From Phycisphaerales bacterium (GTDB lineage: Bacteria > Planctomycetota > Phycisphaerae > Phycisphaerales > UBA1924): a stretch of 64,000 nt of DNA. Made by a program: the position numbers and the translations under genes. The notes under the pieces are model-generated. The model was not told where the DNA came from and did not search any database. It saw only the letters and a program-made list of their open reading frames with translations. The DNA is taken from the NCBI GenBank assembly GCA_947459215.1, contig CANHCQ010000005.1, positions 83,467 through 147,466 on the forward strand, in the 5' to 3' direction. This document shows positions 17,390 to 29,447 of the stretch, in pieces (positions within the stretch are counted from its first letter, which is position 1; each line of letters opens with the position of its first letter).

Positions 17390-19627
17390 ATGAGTGTGGG
17401 TGCGTCGGATTCGGCGGGGCATCTGGAAGGTTCGGCGGCGATCTTCGCTTCAGCGTTTCGCGGACAGTGGAAGCCGGTCTATCGATCGATGAGCTACCGG
17501 CTGGCGATCGCCGCCTCGGCCGCGTTCGTGCTACTGATGCCGCTGGTGTACTTCGCGACCATCGGCGGCATCGGCTGGCTGGTCTACTGGCACCTGACGA
17601 ACGACACCGGGCTGCTGCACACGAGGACGTCCGGCCGGGCGGTGCTCGTGCCGCTGTTCCTCTACATCGTGCCGGCGATCGTGGGCTGCGTGCTCATCTT
17701 GTTCTTGCTCAAGCCGATCCTGTACTTCTTCATGGGACCTTCAGAGGAAGACGCGATCGAGATCTTCCCCAGCGAGGAGCCGCGGCTGTTCGGCTTCGTG
17801 GCGGCGGTGTGCAACACGATGGGCGCTCCGGTGCCGGAACGAATCTTCATCGATTGCACGCCCAACGCGGCGGCCCAGCTTCTGGGCGGGCCGCTGGGGA
17901 TGCTGGGGCGCTCGCGATTGGGCCTGCACATCGGCCTGCCGCTGGTGGCGGGGATGAACGCAACGAACTTCGCGGGCGTGTTGGCTCATGAGTTCGGGCA
18001 CTTCTCGCAGGGCGCGGGGATGCGGGCGACGAACATCTTGGGGCGGATCACGCAGTGGATGATGATCGCCGCGTACGCGCCGGACGGGCTGGACGAGAAG
18101 ATCGCGGAACTTGGCAAGTCGGGCAACGCGTATCTGGCGATCCTGGCTCTGGTGCTGACGATGTGTCTGGGTATCGCGCGGCTGGTGTTGAAGATCGTGC
18201 TCTTCTCGGGATACGGCCTCGCCCGTGTCATGGGGCGTCGGATGGAGTTTGACGCGGATGCGCACGAGGTGCGTTTTGTCGGCAGCAAGGCGGCGATCGA
18301 TACCTGGCCTCAGATCATCGGCTTGGGCATGGCGGCGGAGCAGGCCGATGCGAAGCTCGCCGAACACTGGAAGAATCGCAAGCTGCCCGAGGATCTGCCG
18401 GCGTTCATCGCCAGCGTTGCGCGGCGTCTCTCACCGGACTCCAAGGCCGCAATAAAGCGACATACGGAAGAGCGTCACACCGGATGGTTCGACAGCCATC
18501 CCGCGACCGGGGTGCGGATCGAGACGATGCGGAAGCTCGACGAGCCCGGGGTGTTCAAGCTCGACGAGCCCGCGACGACGCTGTTTACGAACTTTCGCGA
18601 TGCGAGCCGGCGTGCCTCGTACAACTACTTCAAGGCCAAGGTCGGCGAGTACATCCAGTCGGCGACGTTTGTCACCGCCGACCAGATCTTCGGCTCAAGC
18701 GAGGCCGAGAGCGCTCGCGGCGCGGCGGCCGAAACCTATCTCGGGTACGAATCCCCGGATTGCCGCCCGCTGATGCTTGGATTGAGCGAGCTGCACCCGA
18801 CCGAAGACCCGAAGGCGACATGGGAGAAGCTGCGGCAGGCTCGGTCGTCGTTGAAGGCTGCGGCTCCGGCTGCCGCGGCGGCCGTATCGTCGTATCTCGA
18901 AGCCGACACCAAGCTGTTGCACGTCGAGGCGGCGCCGGCGTTGTTCGCAGTCGGGATCAGCAAGATTCCTCGCGAGATGCAGTACTCGTTCTCCTCGCCG
19001 CCCGGGCTGGGGAAGGTCAAGGTGGAAGCCAACGAGAACGCTTCCATGGCTGCCGCGGCGATCGACGAGGCCAACGACTTCGCCAACGTGCGGATCGCCT
19101 GCGCCCTGCGATTGCTCGTGACCAAGGGCATCGAGAAGAAGGTCCCCAACGCCGACCGGCTGCGGGCTCGCGCGGCCGAACTCGTGCGGGCCCACGCCGC
19201 GCTGCGGGACAAGTTCAACACCGTGCGCGATCTGCGGACGGACCTCGAGCGGGTGAAGCTCTTGGCGCCGCACTTTGCGAGCGACAAGCTGCGGGACAAA
19301 GTGAAGGAACAGATCCGGCCAATGTCGGATCAGATCCGCGACCGGGTGCTCGGGCTGCGTCAGGACCTGGGCGGGATCCCGTCTCCCTACCCAGGCGTGG
19401 ACGGCCAGACCAATCTCGGCAACATGGTCGCTCCGAGCTCACCGGCTTGGCGCGAGTTCGACCAGATTTTTCCTGCGGGGTTCGAGACGCTGGAGAAGTA
19501 CGCCGAGACGCAGCGCCGGGTGCTGCACGAGATGATCGAGATCGCGGCGAACTTGGAGGCGGCGCTTCAATCGCCGGCTCGAACCGCCCCCGACCGCGCA
19601 GCCGGGGGACCCGCGGGACGGGCGTGA
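17390..19627 (+). CDS. M48-family zinc metallopeptidase (HtpX-like) with N-terminal TM helices and a ~400-aa C-terminal extension
   Basis: ATG at 17390 (in frame with ORF 17231..19627; upstream residues overlap the folD start region). HEXXH motif (VLAHEFGHF) and a downstream Glu-containing motif (EFDADAHEV). Confidence 0.7.
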   Translation: MSVGASDSAGHLEGSAAIFASAFRGQWKPVYRSMSYRLAIAASAAFVLLMPLVYFATIGGIGWLVYWHLTNDTGLLHTRTSGRAVLVPLFLYIVPAIVGCVLILFLLKPILYFFMGPSEEDAIEIFPSEEPRLFGFVAAVCNTMGAPVPERIFIDCTPNAAAQLLGGPLGMLGRSRLGLHIGLPLVAGMNATNFAGVLAHEFGHFSQGAGMRATNILGRITQWMMIAAYAPDGLDEKIAELGKSGNAYLAILALVLTMCLGIARLVLKIVLFSGYGLARVMGRRMEFDADAHEVRFVGSKAAIDTWPQIIGLGMAAEQADAKLAEHWKNRKLPEDLPAFIASVARRLSPDSKAAIKRHTEERHTGWFDSHPATGVRIETMRKLDEPGVFKLDEPATTLFTNFRDASRRASYNYFKAKVGEYIQSATFVTADQIFGSSEAESARGAAAETYLGYESPDCRPLMLGLSELHPTEDPKATWEKLRQARSSLKAAAPAAAAAVSSYLEADTKLLHVEAAPALFAVGISKIPREMQYSFSSPPGLGKVKVEANENASMAAAAIDEANDFANVRIACALRLLVTKGIEKKVPNADRLRARAAELVRAHAALRDKFNTVRDLRTDLERVKLLAPHFASDKLRDKVKEQIRPMSDQIRDRVLGLRQDLGGIPSPYPGVDGQTNLGNMVAPSSPAWREFDQIFPAGFETLEKYAETQRRVLHEMIEIAANLEAALQSPARTAPDRAAGGPAGRA

Positions 19628-19938
19628 GTCGCCTCGGACGGCGCGTCGGAACGGCGTGACGCCGGCCAACAGAACGCCGAAACACTCATCCGACTCAGCC
19701 ATTCGCCTAACCTCATCGGATTCTCTCGCGCGCGAGTTTCGTTCGCGCCCGTCACAAACCCACGTTCCGTGCGGCATTTTTCGCGTTCCGCATGTGTTTG
19801 TCGCATTTACATTTTCCGTAATTCCACTGGCCCTTGCGAGCCGAATCAAACATACTCCAAATCTGAAAGCACAATCGTGGAGGCATCATGCGAGGCAAAA
19901 TCAACTGGCGTACAAGCAAGTCGGTGCCGTGCGCCGGG

Positions 19939-20691
19939 ATGACAATCCCAGTGGCTGAAGGACTGCCGATCTCCACCCGGGACGACGCCGGGCTGGACCA
20001 GTCGCTCCCCGGTATTCGGCCAAACTCACCTCGCTCGATCGCGATCAAGTCACTGGCGTGGCCATTCACTCGTCCGCTCGAGGAGTTCTTTGGTCACCAG
20101 TGGCTGCAGCATCAACTCGGAAAGTGGCTGAAGCGATACGCGACTCCCGAGACGTGCTTCCTCGAGTGTGGCCCGGGCGACATGTCGTTCCGCAGATTCC
20201 TGCCGCCAGGCGTGGCGTACAACACCATCGAGTTCGCGGTCAGCGAGTTCCAGATCCACCGGGTGATCAAGAAGGACCCGCGGGTGAACTTCTGCATCGC
20301 GAGCATCACTGACATCCCTGCGGCCGACAACACCTGCGACATCATCGCATGCATCGAGATGCTGCAGCAGATCATCCCGGCGGACCAGGCCATGGCCGAG
20401 ATCCGTCGCGTTGCCAAACCCGGGGCCAAGCTGCTCTGCACGATCGGGAACGGCAAGTGCGACAAGGTCGAGCGCAAGGGCAAGAACCGCGTCTATGCCC
20501 ACTTCTGGTCGGACGCCGAGTTTCAGGCGATCGCCGCGAAGGCGGGGTTCAAGCTCTTGGAGCATTATCAGACCGGGCGCTGGATCCCGTTCCCGCAACG
20601 AATCACACAGCGTCCGTTGCACCTGCCAATCACCAGCAAAGACGAGTATTACAACTCGTACTTTGTGTATCTTTTCGAAATCCAAAAGTAG
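19939..20691 (+). CDS. Class I SAM-dependent methyltransferase, in a locally low-GC context
   Basis: Motif I-like FLECGPGDM, post-I IACIEMLQQI, and AKPGAKLL. The ORF opens at 19888; start chosen at the internal Met (MTIPVAEG). Flanks 19800-19900 and 20640-20700 are 37-48% GC. Confidence 0.6.
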   Translation: MTIPVAEGLPISTRDDAGLDQSLPGIRPNSPRSIAIKSLAWPFTRPLEEFFGHQWLQHQLGKWLKRYATPETCFLECGPGDMSFRRFLPPGVAYNTIEFAVSEFQIHRVIKKDPRVNFCIASITDIPAADNTCDIIACIEMLQQIIPADQAMAEIRRVAKPGAKLLCTIGNGKCDKVERKGKNRVYAHFWSDAEFQAIAAKAGFKLLEHYQTGRWIPFPQRITQRPLHLPITSKDEYYNSYFVYLFEIQK

Positions 20692-20723
20692 CGACTGTTC
20701 GGCGGCGATTGAAGGCGACGTGA

Positions 20724-23018
<2,295 letters not shown>

Positions 23019-23106
23019 GTCTTGCATTCGCCCCCGCGTGGAGCATCTTGGCATGGATCGCGTCCATCACAGAGTTGACTTACCGGACGCCCAGGACGAT
23101 GGCACC

Positions 23107-23628
23107 ATGCGCAACGTGGAGTTCAAAGCCGAACTACGAGACCCCGCTCTGGCGCTTCCGATCTGCCTCGAACTCGGCGCCAAGTACGTCGGCACCCTCA
23201 AGCAGACGGACACCTACTACCGCGTCGCCGACGCACGCCTCAAGAAGCGCGAGACCGTCGGCGAGCCGACCGAGTGGATCTTTTACCAGCGCCCCGACCA
23301 GTTGCGACCGAAGCTCAGCCAGTTCATGATCTACTCCGAGGCCGAGGCCCATGAGCGATTCGGCATCACGCCACTTCCGGTGTGGCTCGTGGTGAAGAAG
23401 AAACGCGATCTTCTGCTCTACGGCAACGTCCGCATCCACCTCGACGCCGTGGACGACTTGGGCGCCTTTGTGGAATTGGAAGCCATGATCACCAAGGCAT
23501 GCGGCGAGGACGCCTGCCGCGACGCGGTTGCTCGCATCCGTACGGCACTCGCCCCCGTGCTCGGTGAGCCGATTTCCTGTGGATATTCGGACCTGCTCGC
23601 TCGTGCCGCCGAACTTCCCGCGGCCTGA
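23107..23628 (+). CDS. CYTH-domain protein (class IV adenylyl cyclase / triphosphatase-like)
   Basis: N-terminal MRNVEFKAEL... acidic/basic pattern typical of CYTH/CyaB. ATG at 23107 in frame with ORF 23038..23628. Confidence 0.5.
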   Translation: MRNVEFKAELRDPALALPICLELGAKYVGTLKQTDTYYRVADARLKKRETVGEPTEWIFYQRPDQLRPKLSQFMIYSEAEAHERFGITPLPVWLVVKKKRDLLLYGNVRIHLDAVDDLGAFVELEAMITKACGEDACRDAVARIRTALAPVLGEPISCGYSDLLARAAELPAA

Positions 23629-23827
23629 ACGCGACTTGTTCTCGTGAGTCTCACCGAGGTACAACTGATCTGTGTGAGAAACGCGGCAAAGTTCGCGGTC
23701 TGTCCCGTGCCCCACTCACGCCGCTCTTTAAATCCGATTCAGGACTCCCTTATCTAAGCCGACAACGGGATGCCGATCCACGCGCGAGGCCGTTTCCGGG
23801 CCGCGGGTCGAGCCGGGAGGTTTGGAC

Positions 23828-25612
23828 ATGGAATCCGAGAAGAAGTCGCTGGGAGTTATCACGAAGATCGTGCTGATGGTGGCGTGCCTGGTGGTGGCCG
23901 TCGTCGGCGTGAACTTCATTCTGTTCATTCGTGCGTATAAGAGCGACGCCGAGCAAGCGATGATGGCCAAAGCCGCGTCGTTCACCGCTGTGGCGGACGA
24001 AGCAAAGGGCCTGCAGTCGCAGTCAATCCGCCACGGGGCCGTCGATGTGAAAGGCCTGCTGGCAGACGCGAAGGCTCAGATCGCTTCCGGCAAGACGTAC
24101 CGGGACACGAAGTTTTTCACGGCGATCCCAGTTGTGTTCGGCTGGACAGCGGCTGAGAAGGCCGCCAAGCGCGAGGGGCTGGATTTCAAGGTCCCGGCCT
24201 TCCAGGCACGCAACAAAGAGAATGAGCCCGCCGCGGGTTCGTTCCGGGCCAAGTTGCTCCAGAAACTCACGGAAGAGTTCAAGGGCAAGGGCACTGAGAG
24301 CCTCGGGGAGATCGATGAAGAAACCAACACGCTGCACTACATGCGGGCGATCAAGCTCGACGCCTCGTGCATGATGTGCCACGGCGATCCCGAGAAGCTC
24401 TCGGTCGTCGACGAGAACGGCAAGCGCACCGGCAAGGACGAGCTGGGCTTTGCGATGGAGAACTGGAAGGAAGGCGACATGCACGGCGCGTTCGAGGTTG
24501 CCATGCCGCTCGCCCCGATGGACGCCCAGGTCGCTTCGTTCACCCGCAACGCCCTGTTCGTCACCGTGCCGCTGGTGGGCTTTGCCCTCGGCGGCTTCGT
24601 GCTCCTGCTTCGCAGCTTGGTCGCCAAGCCGCTCAACAACCTGATCAGCATGGTCAAGGAGATCGCGACCGGCGACGGCGATCTGACGAAGCGCATCAAC
24701 ATGAACCGCGGCGACGAGATCGGCCGCCTCGCCCACTGGTTCGACGTCTTCGTGGACAACCTCCACAAGATCATCGGGCAGGTGGCGGGCGCGACCAACC
24801 AGGTCGCCTCGGCGGCCACCGAGATTGCCAGTTCCGCTGAGGAGATGGCCTCGGGCCTCCAGAAGCAGGGCCAGCAGAGCCAGCAGGTTTCCGCCGCGGT
24901 TGAGGAACTCGCGTCCAGCGTGACCGAGGTCGCCAAGAAGTCGACCGACGCCACCAAGGCCGCGACCGACAGCCGCAAGGAAGCCGACGAGGGCGGACAG
25001 GTCGTCACCAGAACTGTCGACGAGATCAACGCTATCGCCGGTGACGTCACCCAGTCCGCCAACGCCGTCACCCAGCTCGGCAAGAAGAGCGAGCAGATCG
25101 GCGAGATCATCAAGGTCATCAACGACATCGCCGACCAGACCAACCTTCTCGCCCTCAACGCCGCGATCGAGGCGGCCCGGGCGGGCGAGCACGGCCGCGG
25201 GTTCGCGGTGGTGGCCGACGAAGTCCGCAAGCTCGCCGAGCGCACCACGACCGCGACCGAGGAAGTGGCCAAGAGCATCCGCGAGATCCAGGAGGACACG
25301 CAGCGTGCCGTCCAGACGATCGAGGCGGGTAGCCAGCGCGTGACCAAGGGCGTCGATCTGGCCCGCTCGGCCGGCGAAGCGCTCTCCAAGATCACGGCGG
25401 GTTCGCAGAACGTGACGTCGATGGTCGAGTCCATCGCCGCCGCCGCCGAAGAGCAGTCAGCCGCCGCCGAGCAGATCGCGCGCAGTGTTGAGCAGATCGA
25501 CTCGGTGACACGCGAGTCGACCCAGGGCGCGAATCAGGCGGCCCAGGCAGCGACCGTCCTCAGCCAGGAAGCCGAAAAGCTCCGCGGGCTCGTGGGACGG
25601 TTCAAGGTCTGA
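23828..25612 (+). CDS. Methyl-accepting chemotaxis protein with a periplasmic sensor domain carrying a c-type heme-binding CXXCH motif
   Basis: RBS gggagg, then ATG at 23828. TM1 [24 protein letters not shown]. Periplasmic ~190 aa containing [10 protein letters not shown]2 [24 protein letters not shown] domain. Highly conserved MCP signalling core [34 protein letters not shown]. Confidence 0.85.
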   Translation: MESEKKSLGVITKIVLMVACLVVAVVGVNFILFIRAYKSDAEQAMMAKAASFTAVADEAKGLQSQSIRHGAVDVKGLLADAKAQIASGKTYRDTKFFTAIPVVFGWTAAEKAAKREGLDFKVPAFQARNKENEPAAGSFRAKLLQKLTEEFKGKGTESLGEIDEETNTLHYMRAIKLDASCMMCHGDPEKLSVVDENGKRTGKDELGFAMENWKEGDMHGAFEVAMPLAPMDAQVASFTRNALFVTVPLVGFALGGFVLLLRSLVAKPLNNLISMVKEIATGDGDLTKRINMNRGDEIGRLAHWFDVFVDNLHKIIGQVAGATNQVASAATEIASSAEEMASGLQKQGQQSQQVSAAVEELASSVTEVAKKSTDATKAATDSRKEADEGGQVVTRTVDEINAIAGDVTQSANAVTQLGKKSEQIGEIIKVINDIADQTNLLALNAAIEAARAGEHGRGFAVVADEVRKLAERTTTATEEVAKSIREIQEDTQRAVQTIEAGSQRVTKGVDLARSAGEALSKITAGSQNVTSMVESIAAAAEEQSAAAEQIARSVEQIDSVTRESTQGANQAAQAATVLSQEAEKLRGLVGRFKV

Positions 25613-25667
25613 GTCTCGGAATCCCGTTCTTCGCCGGCAGCGTCCGGCAGTATCTCCCGATGCAAGG

Positions 25668-25697
25668 AACCCCGCGTGGAACGCGGGGTTCTTTTTC
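25668..25697 (+). terminator. Rho-independent terminator after the MCP gene (possibly bidirectional)
   Basis: ccccgcg-tggaa-cgcgggg followed by ttctttttc. Confidence 0.6.
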
Positions 25698-25743
25698 ATT
25701 GGTTTCACTCAAAGGTCAGAACGGGCCGCAGCACGCGGTGTCT

Positions 25744-27462
25744 CTACTCAGCGTCGTCGACCTCGTCCTCGTCTCGGATCTCGACCACGACCGCTGCGCG
25801 GGCGATCTGGTCACCCCGGTGACGCCCGCTGTCGTCAAACAGAGCGAGGATTGCGACGGGACTAAGGAACCACTTCACACAGTTGCGGATCAGGCTCGAC
25901 GCCAGCGACGGCCGGGACACTTCACCAGTGTTCTGGGGCTTCTCAGCACCGGCGACGATCGCGACCACTTCGCAATCAGTGATCAGCTTGCCAGGCGTGC
26001 GACCAAAGAGCCACTCGGTCAGCGTCCCGATGACGACTCCGATTGTGGCCAGCGTCAGCAGGATCCGAACCGCGTCGCCGCTCATCCAAGTTTGCGGGTC
26101 AAAGAGGGCAAAGAGGTCTCCCGTACCACTGGATGTGAAAAAGATCACGCGAGGCAGAAGCAACGCCGCTAGCCCGACATCGAACACGCCGGCAACGATG
26201 CGACGGACCGGCTCGGCGAACGCGAAGCCTTCGGGCAGGTGTATCGCGTCGGGCTGCCCTCGCAGCACGAGCACCAGCACCATCGCCATCGCGAGCATCA
26301 ACAATACCGCGAGGACGCGGAACTCGTTGGTTCCAAGCGGGCTTGCGGCGTGCAGCCGGTCGTTGTAGAGCAACGCGCCGGTAAGCAGCGATACCTCCGT
26401 GACACGCGTTGGCGCATCCTGCGCGAAGACGCTCGTCATGTCGCGCGGAGTCGATGGAGACTGGGTGCTCAGCACGATCCACCGTCCGGCAGCGGGCTGA
26501 ACCGTGACGGTCCGGACCGAATGCGGAACGTCGACCGTTGCCAGCGCCGTCAACTTCGCACCGTCGATGACGTGCAAGACGATGCGGCTTGCATCAACCG
26601 TGTCGCTGACGATCCAGCGCCCGACAGATCTCAGGAACTGCGAAGCGCTCCCAAGGGCGGCGAACCCCGACACGTCCTGGCGCGTGAGCGCCCACGAATG
26701 CGTTGGGCTGCGGAGCGACTCGAGCGTCGTGCTCGCCTCCATGAACTGCTGGCCGCGGCGGATCGCAATGCGCAGCATGGAGGCTTCCACGCAGAGCCCG
26801 ACGGGTCCACTTCGGAACTCGATACCGGACGCTACTTCGGCGGGAAGTTCAAGCTTCTTCCATTCTCCGTCGGCCAGAATAAGCAACTCCGCGCTTCCGG
26901 CGCGTTGCAGCAGCGCGATCGGTCCACGATCGTCGGCGGCGGTGGCAAGCAAGTCACCGACGTCCGGTATCGCCGCGACAGTCTCCAGCCGGCCCGAGGG
27001 TTCATCAACCCACAACTCCGACTGGGCGAAGCGTCGAACAGACTGCGAGAACACAGCACGCTGGGCTGCGTGCTGCGAATCGCCTCGGGGCTTGGGGCGG
27101 AAGAACAGGTACACGCGTTCACCAAACGCGGCCATCGATTCCGGGGCTTCTTCGAGCCGGTATCCCGAGCGAACCGAACCAGCGGCGGCGCCGGACTTAC
27201 CCTCGCTTGCCGTGCGGGGCGGCAGATGCACCAGCAAATACCCGCGGCCGCTGGCCGACGGAAGAACGGCCCAAGCGTGCGAGGTGCCCGGATACGTTTC
27301 GCCCGCTCGCAACGGACTTCCCGCGCCCGGGAGCGCACCCGCGGACTGCGGAGCGATCCACGCGATCATCAAGATCGTGAATGTCAATATGCGAAACCAA
27401 GCCGGCATGGTCAGACAGTATCGCCGGGAAACGTCGCGTGTTCGTCGAGAAGTAGGCATCAA
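25744..27462 (-). CDS. Membrane protein with a large N-terminal extracytoplasmic region and a C-terminal RDD-family domain
   Basis: C-terminal TM cluster with GRTPGKLITDCEVV...RHRGDQIARAAVV, typical of RDD domains. Last gene of a 4-gene overlapping operon (4-nt overlap with 27459..28439). Confidence 0.55.
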   Translation of the reverse strand: MMPTSRRTRDVSRRYCLTMPAWFRILTFTILMIAWIAPQSAGALPGAGSPLRAGETYPGTSHAWAVLPSASGRGYLLVHLPPRTASEGKSGAAAGSVRSGYRLEEAPESMAAFGERVYLFFRPKPRGDSQHAAQRAVFSQSVRRFAQSELWVDEPSGRLETVAAIPDVGDLLATAADDRGPIALLQRAGSAELLILADGEWKKLELPAEVASGIEFRSGPVGLCVEASMLRIAIRRGQQFMEASTTLESLRSPTHSWALTRQDVSGFAALGSASQFLRSVGRWIVSDTVDASRIVLHVIDGAKLTALATVDVPHSVRTVTVQPAAGRWIVLSTQSPSTPRDMTSVFAQDAPTRVTEVSLLTGALLYNDRLHAASPLGTNEFRVLAVLLMLAMAMVLVLVLRGQPDAIHLPEGFAFAEPVRRIVAGVFDVGLAALLLPRVIFFTSSGTGDLFALFDPQTWMSGDAVRILLTLATIGVVIGTLTEWLFGRTPGKLITDCEVVAIVAGAEKPQNTGEVSRPSLASSLIRNCVKWFLSPVAILALFDDSGRHRGDQIARAAVVVEIRDEDEVDDAE

Positions 27463-28439
27463 GGCACGGACTTCTCGCCGACCGGCCTTTCGACCGGCTT
27501 CTCCACCGGCCTCTCCACCGGCCTCTCCACCGGCTGGTCGAGCGGCTGGTCGAGATCATCCAAAGCGTTGACCGGATACGCGGTCTTCGCCAGGTACGCG
27601 AAGTCGAACGCGACCGCCTTTGGCGTACGGGTCTCGGGGTCGTAGAGGTTGATAAGAATTGTCAAATCCGAACGCGGCACGTCGATGGTTATGCGGGTCG
27701 GAATCCGTGGCCGAGCGGACGGCTTTGACCGCGACGGGATATCCAAGTAGTTCGCAAGCTCGGCACGCACGATGACTTTACCGTTCTTGTCGAGCAGTTC
27801 AACAAACGCCGGCAGCAGCGACTTTGGATCAACCAGAACACGCTTGGTGGCGTCGCGAGCCGGCACGTCGTACCAAAGAAGCTGGCCGTCGCTGCTCCAC
27901 TTCGGCGTGGTCACGGCACCGGGCTTCTTGAGCAACGCCTCGTCGATGGGAGTGATCGCCATCAACTCAATCAAGTCGAGCGGGTGCACCGGGATGCCGA
28001 AGCGGTCGACCGTGGTCGTGGTCGCGAGCGCGTGACGACCGAAGTATCCTCGCTTGGCCTCGGTCAGGTCGAGCCACCAGTACAGTTCGTCGTTGCTGCC
28101 GAGGTAGAAGTAGGTCTCGCCAACCTTTGTGACGGTGATTGCCACCTTTCGCGGCAGAATCAGCTGAAAGTGGCCCTCGGCTTCTTCCTTATCGAGCTTG
28201 GCGTTGGCGAGCTTGCCCGAAACCCGAAGCGTGTGTCGAGCCCAAAGCGAGCTGAGCCCGTCGACCCGCTGGTTCTGGGCCTTGACGACGGCGTCGATCG
28301 AAGGAGCCTGCGTCGGACGCGTCACCACCGGACCCGGTGTGGGTTGCTTCGGTGTCGATCCGCACCCCGCAATCAGTGCTGCGGAGCACCCCGATGCCGC
28401 GGCAAAGGCGTAGACAGACCATCGCCGGATCGGTTTCAC
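27459..28439 (-). CDS. Lipoprotein of unknown function with a C-terminal (PVER)n repeat
   Basis: Lipobox MKPIRRWSVYAFAAASGCSAALIAGC. C-terminus QPVERPVERPVEKPVERPVGEKSVP, encoded by a 12-bp tandem repeat. Confidence 0.55.
   Translation of the reverse strand: MKPIRRWSVYAFAAASGCSAALIAGCGSTPKQPTPGPVVTRPTQAPSIDAVVKAQNQRVDGLSSLWARHTLRVSGKLANAKLDKEEAEGHFQLILPRKVAITVTKVGETYFYLGSNDELYWWLDLTEAKRGYFGRHALATTTTVDRFGIPVHPLDLIELMAITPIDEALLKKPGAVTTPKWSSDGQLLWYDVPARDATKRVLVDPKSLLPAFVELLDKNGKVIVRAELANYLDIPSRSKPSARPRIPTRITIDVPRSDLTILINLYDPETRTPKAVAFDFAYLAKTAYPVNALDDLDQPLDQPVERPVERPVEKPVERPVGEKSVP
27481..27552. repeat. 12-bp tandem repeat x6 (accggcctctcc-like), coding for the PVER repeats
   Basis: Read directly from the sequence: accggcctttcg accggcttctcc accggcctctcc accggcctctcc accggctggtcg agcggctggtcg. 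Confidence 0.7.
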
Positions 28440-29002
28440 GCGCTCGCTCCGTCGGGGATGAGCTCTTTGAGCTGTTCGATCGCCGCCGTGAGCGACTCGT
28501 CGGACATCGACACTTCCGCAACCTCGACGATCGGCGCATGCGGCTCGTTTGCGCGAGTGCGTCGGCGGATCTTCATCACGCCGCTCGCCGCACTGTCATA
28601 GACGAAAAGCTTGCGACGAACCAAGAAGAGCGCGAGGATATACCGGAACGCTTGCTGCGTCGGCGCTTGCGCTTCAGCGAGTTGCTCGAAGAGGTCTGCG
28701 GCCTCGTCGTCGGAGAGCGTTGCCTTTGCGGCGACGTTGCTCCCGCGATACATCGAGACCCACGAGGCGAACAGCCCCACGGGACGCGATCCGGTGGTCC
28801 AGGCTTCGAGCGAGTAATCGCGACGCTCAAGCTCGTCACCTTGCGAAATCAGCGCCGCCACGTACTTCTCGCCCGCGGCGAGTTGCCTTGCAGTCGCGGC
28901 GCAAACGCCGCTGCAGTGCGAGATCGGGTAGGAACCGGGAAACACCTGCGACATGCGGACATCCTTGTCACGGCCGACGGGTGGGAGCAGAACGGGCGTC
29001 AC
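28436..29002 (-). CDS. Hypothetical protein (no recognisable domain)
   Basis: 188-aa ORF. 4-nt overlaps with both neighbours (28999..29367 and 27459..28439) indicate translational coupling. Confidence 0.45.
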   Translation of the reverse strand: MTPVLLPPVGRDKDVRMSQVFPGSYPISHCSGVCAATARQLAAGEKYVAALISQGDELERRDYSLEAWTTGSRPVGLFASWVSMYRGSNVAAKATLSDDEAADLFEQLAEAQAPTQQAFRYILALFLVRRKLFVYDSAASGVMKIRRRTRANEPHAPIVEVAEVSMSDESLTAAIEQLKELIPDGASA

Positions 29003-29367
29003 GCCCCGCGGCTGCGGTACATCACAACATTGACCTTCTCCAAGGTCACCAGACCCTCTCGAACCATCTTGTCGAGCGTAGGCAGAAACGCCTTGATCTT
29101 ATCGGAACGGTCCACGATCTCGACCACCAGTGGAAGCTCGCTGGGCAGCCCCGGCTGCGGCGGACGGTGCAGCAGCGAACTCGCCCCGTAGCCCAAGACA
29201 CCGCGTAGCACCGTGGCCCCGGCGAGGCCCGCGGATCGGGCGACCTGCACGATCGCCTCGTACAGCGGCTTGCCGTCGAAGACGTCAATGTCGCTGATGA
29301 AGATTCGCAGCAGTTGTCCTTCGCCTTCGATCTTCATGGCACGCTCCCAATGGGCGCCCGGCATCAC
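28999..29367 (-). CDS. DUF190-family (PII-like fold) protein
   Basis: MKIEGEGQLLRIFISDIDVFDGKPLYEAIVQVARSAGLAGATVLRGVLGYG...LPLVVEIVD matches the DUF190 pattern. The start could be the internal Met at 29337. Confidence 0.55.
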   Translation of the reverse strand: MMPGAHWERAMKIEGEGQLLRIFISDIDVFDGKPLYEAIVQVARSAGLAGATVLRGVLGYGASSLLHRPPQPGLPSELPLVVEIVDRSDKIKAFLPTLDKMVREGLVTLEKVNVVMYRSRGA

Positions 29368-29447
29368 CCGTCACAACCCAACGCATCCGCCGGGCGTGCG
29401 TGATAGCCTACCCGAAACCGGCCCGGGCGAAAGCCCTGTCAACAGGA

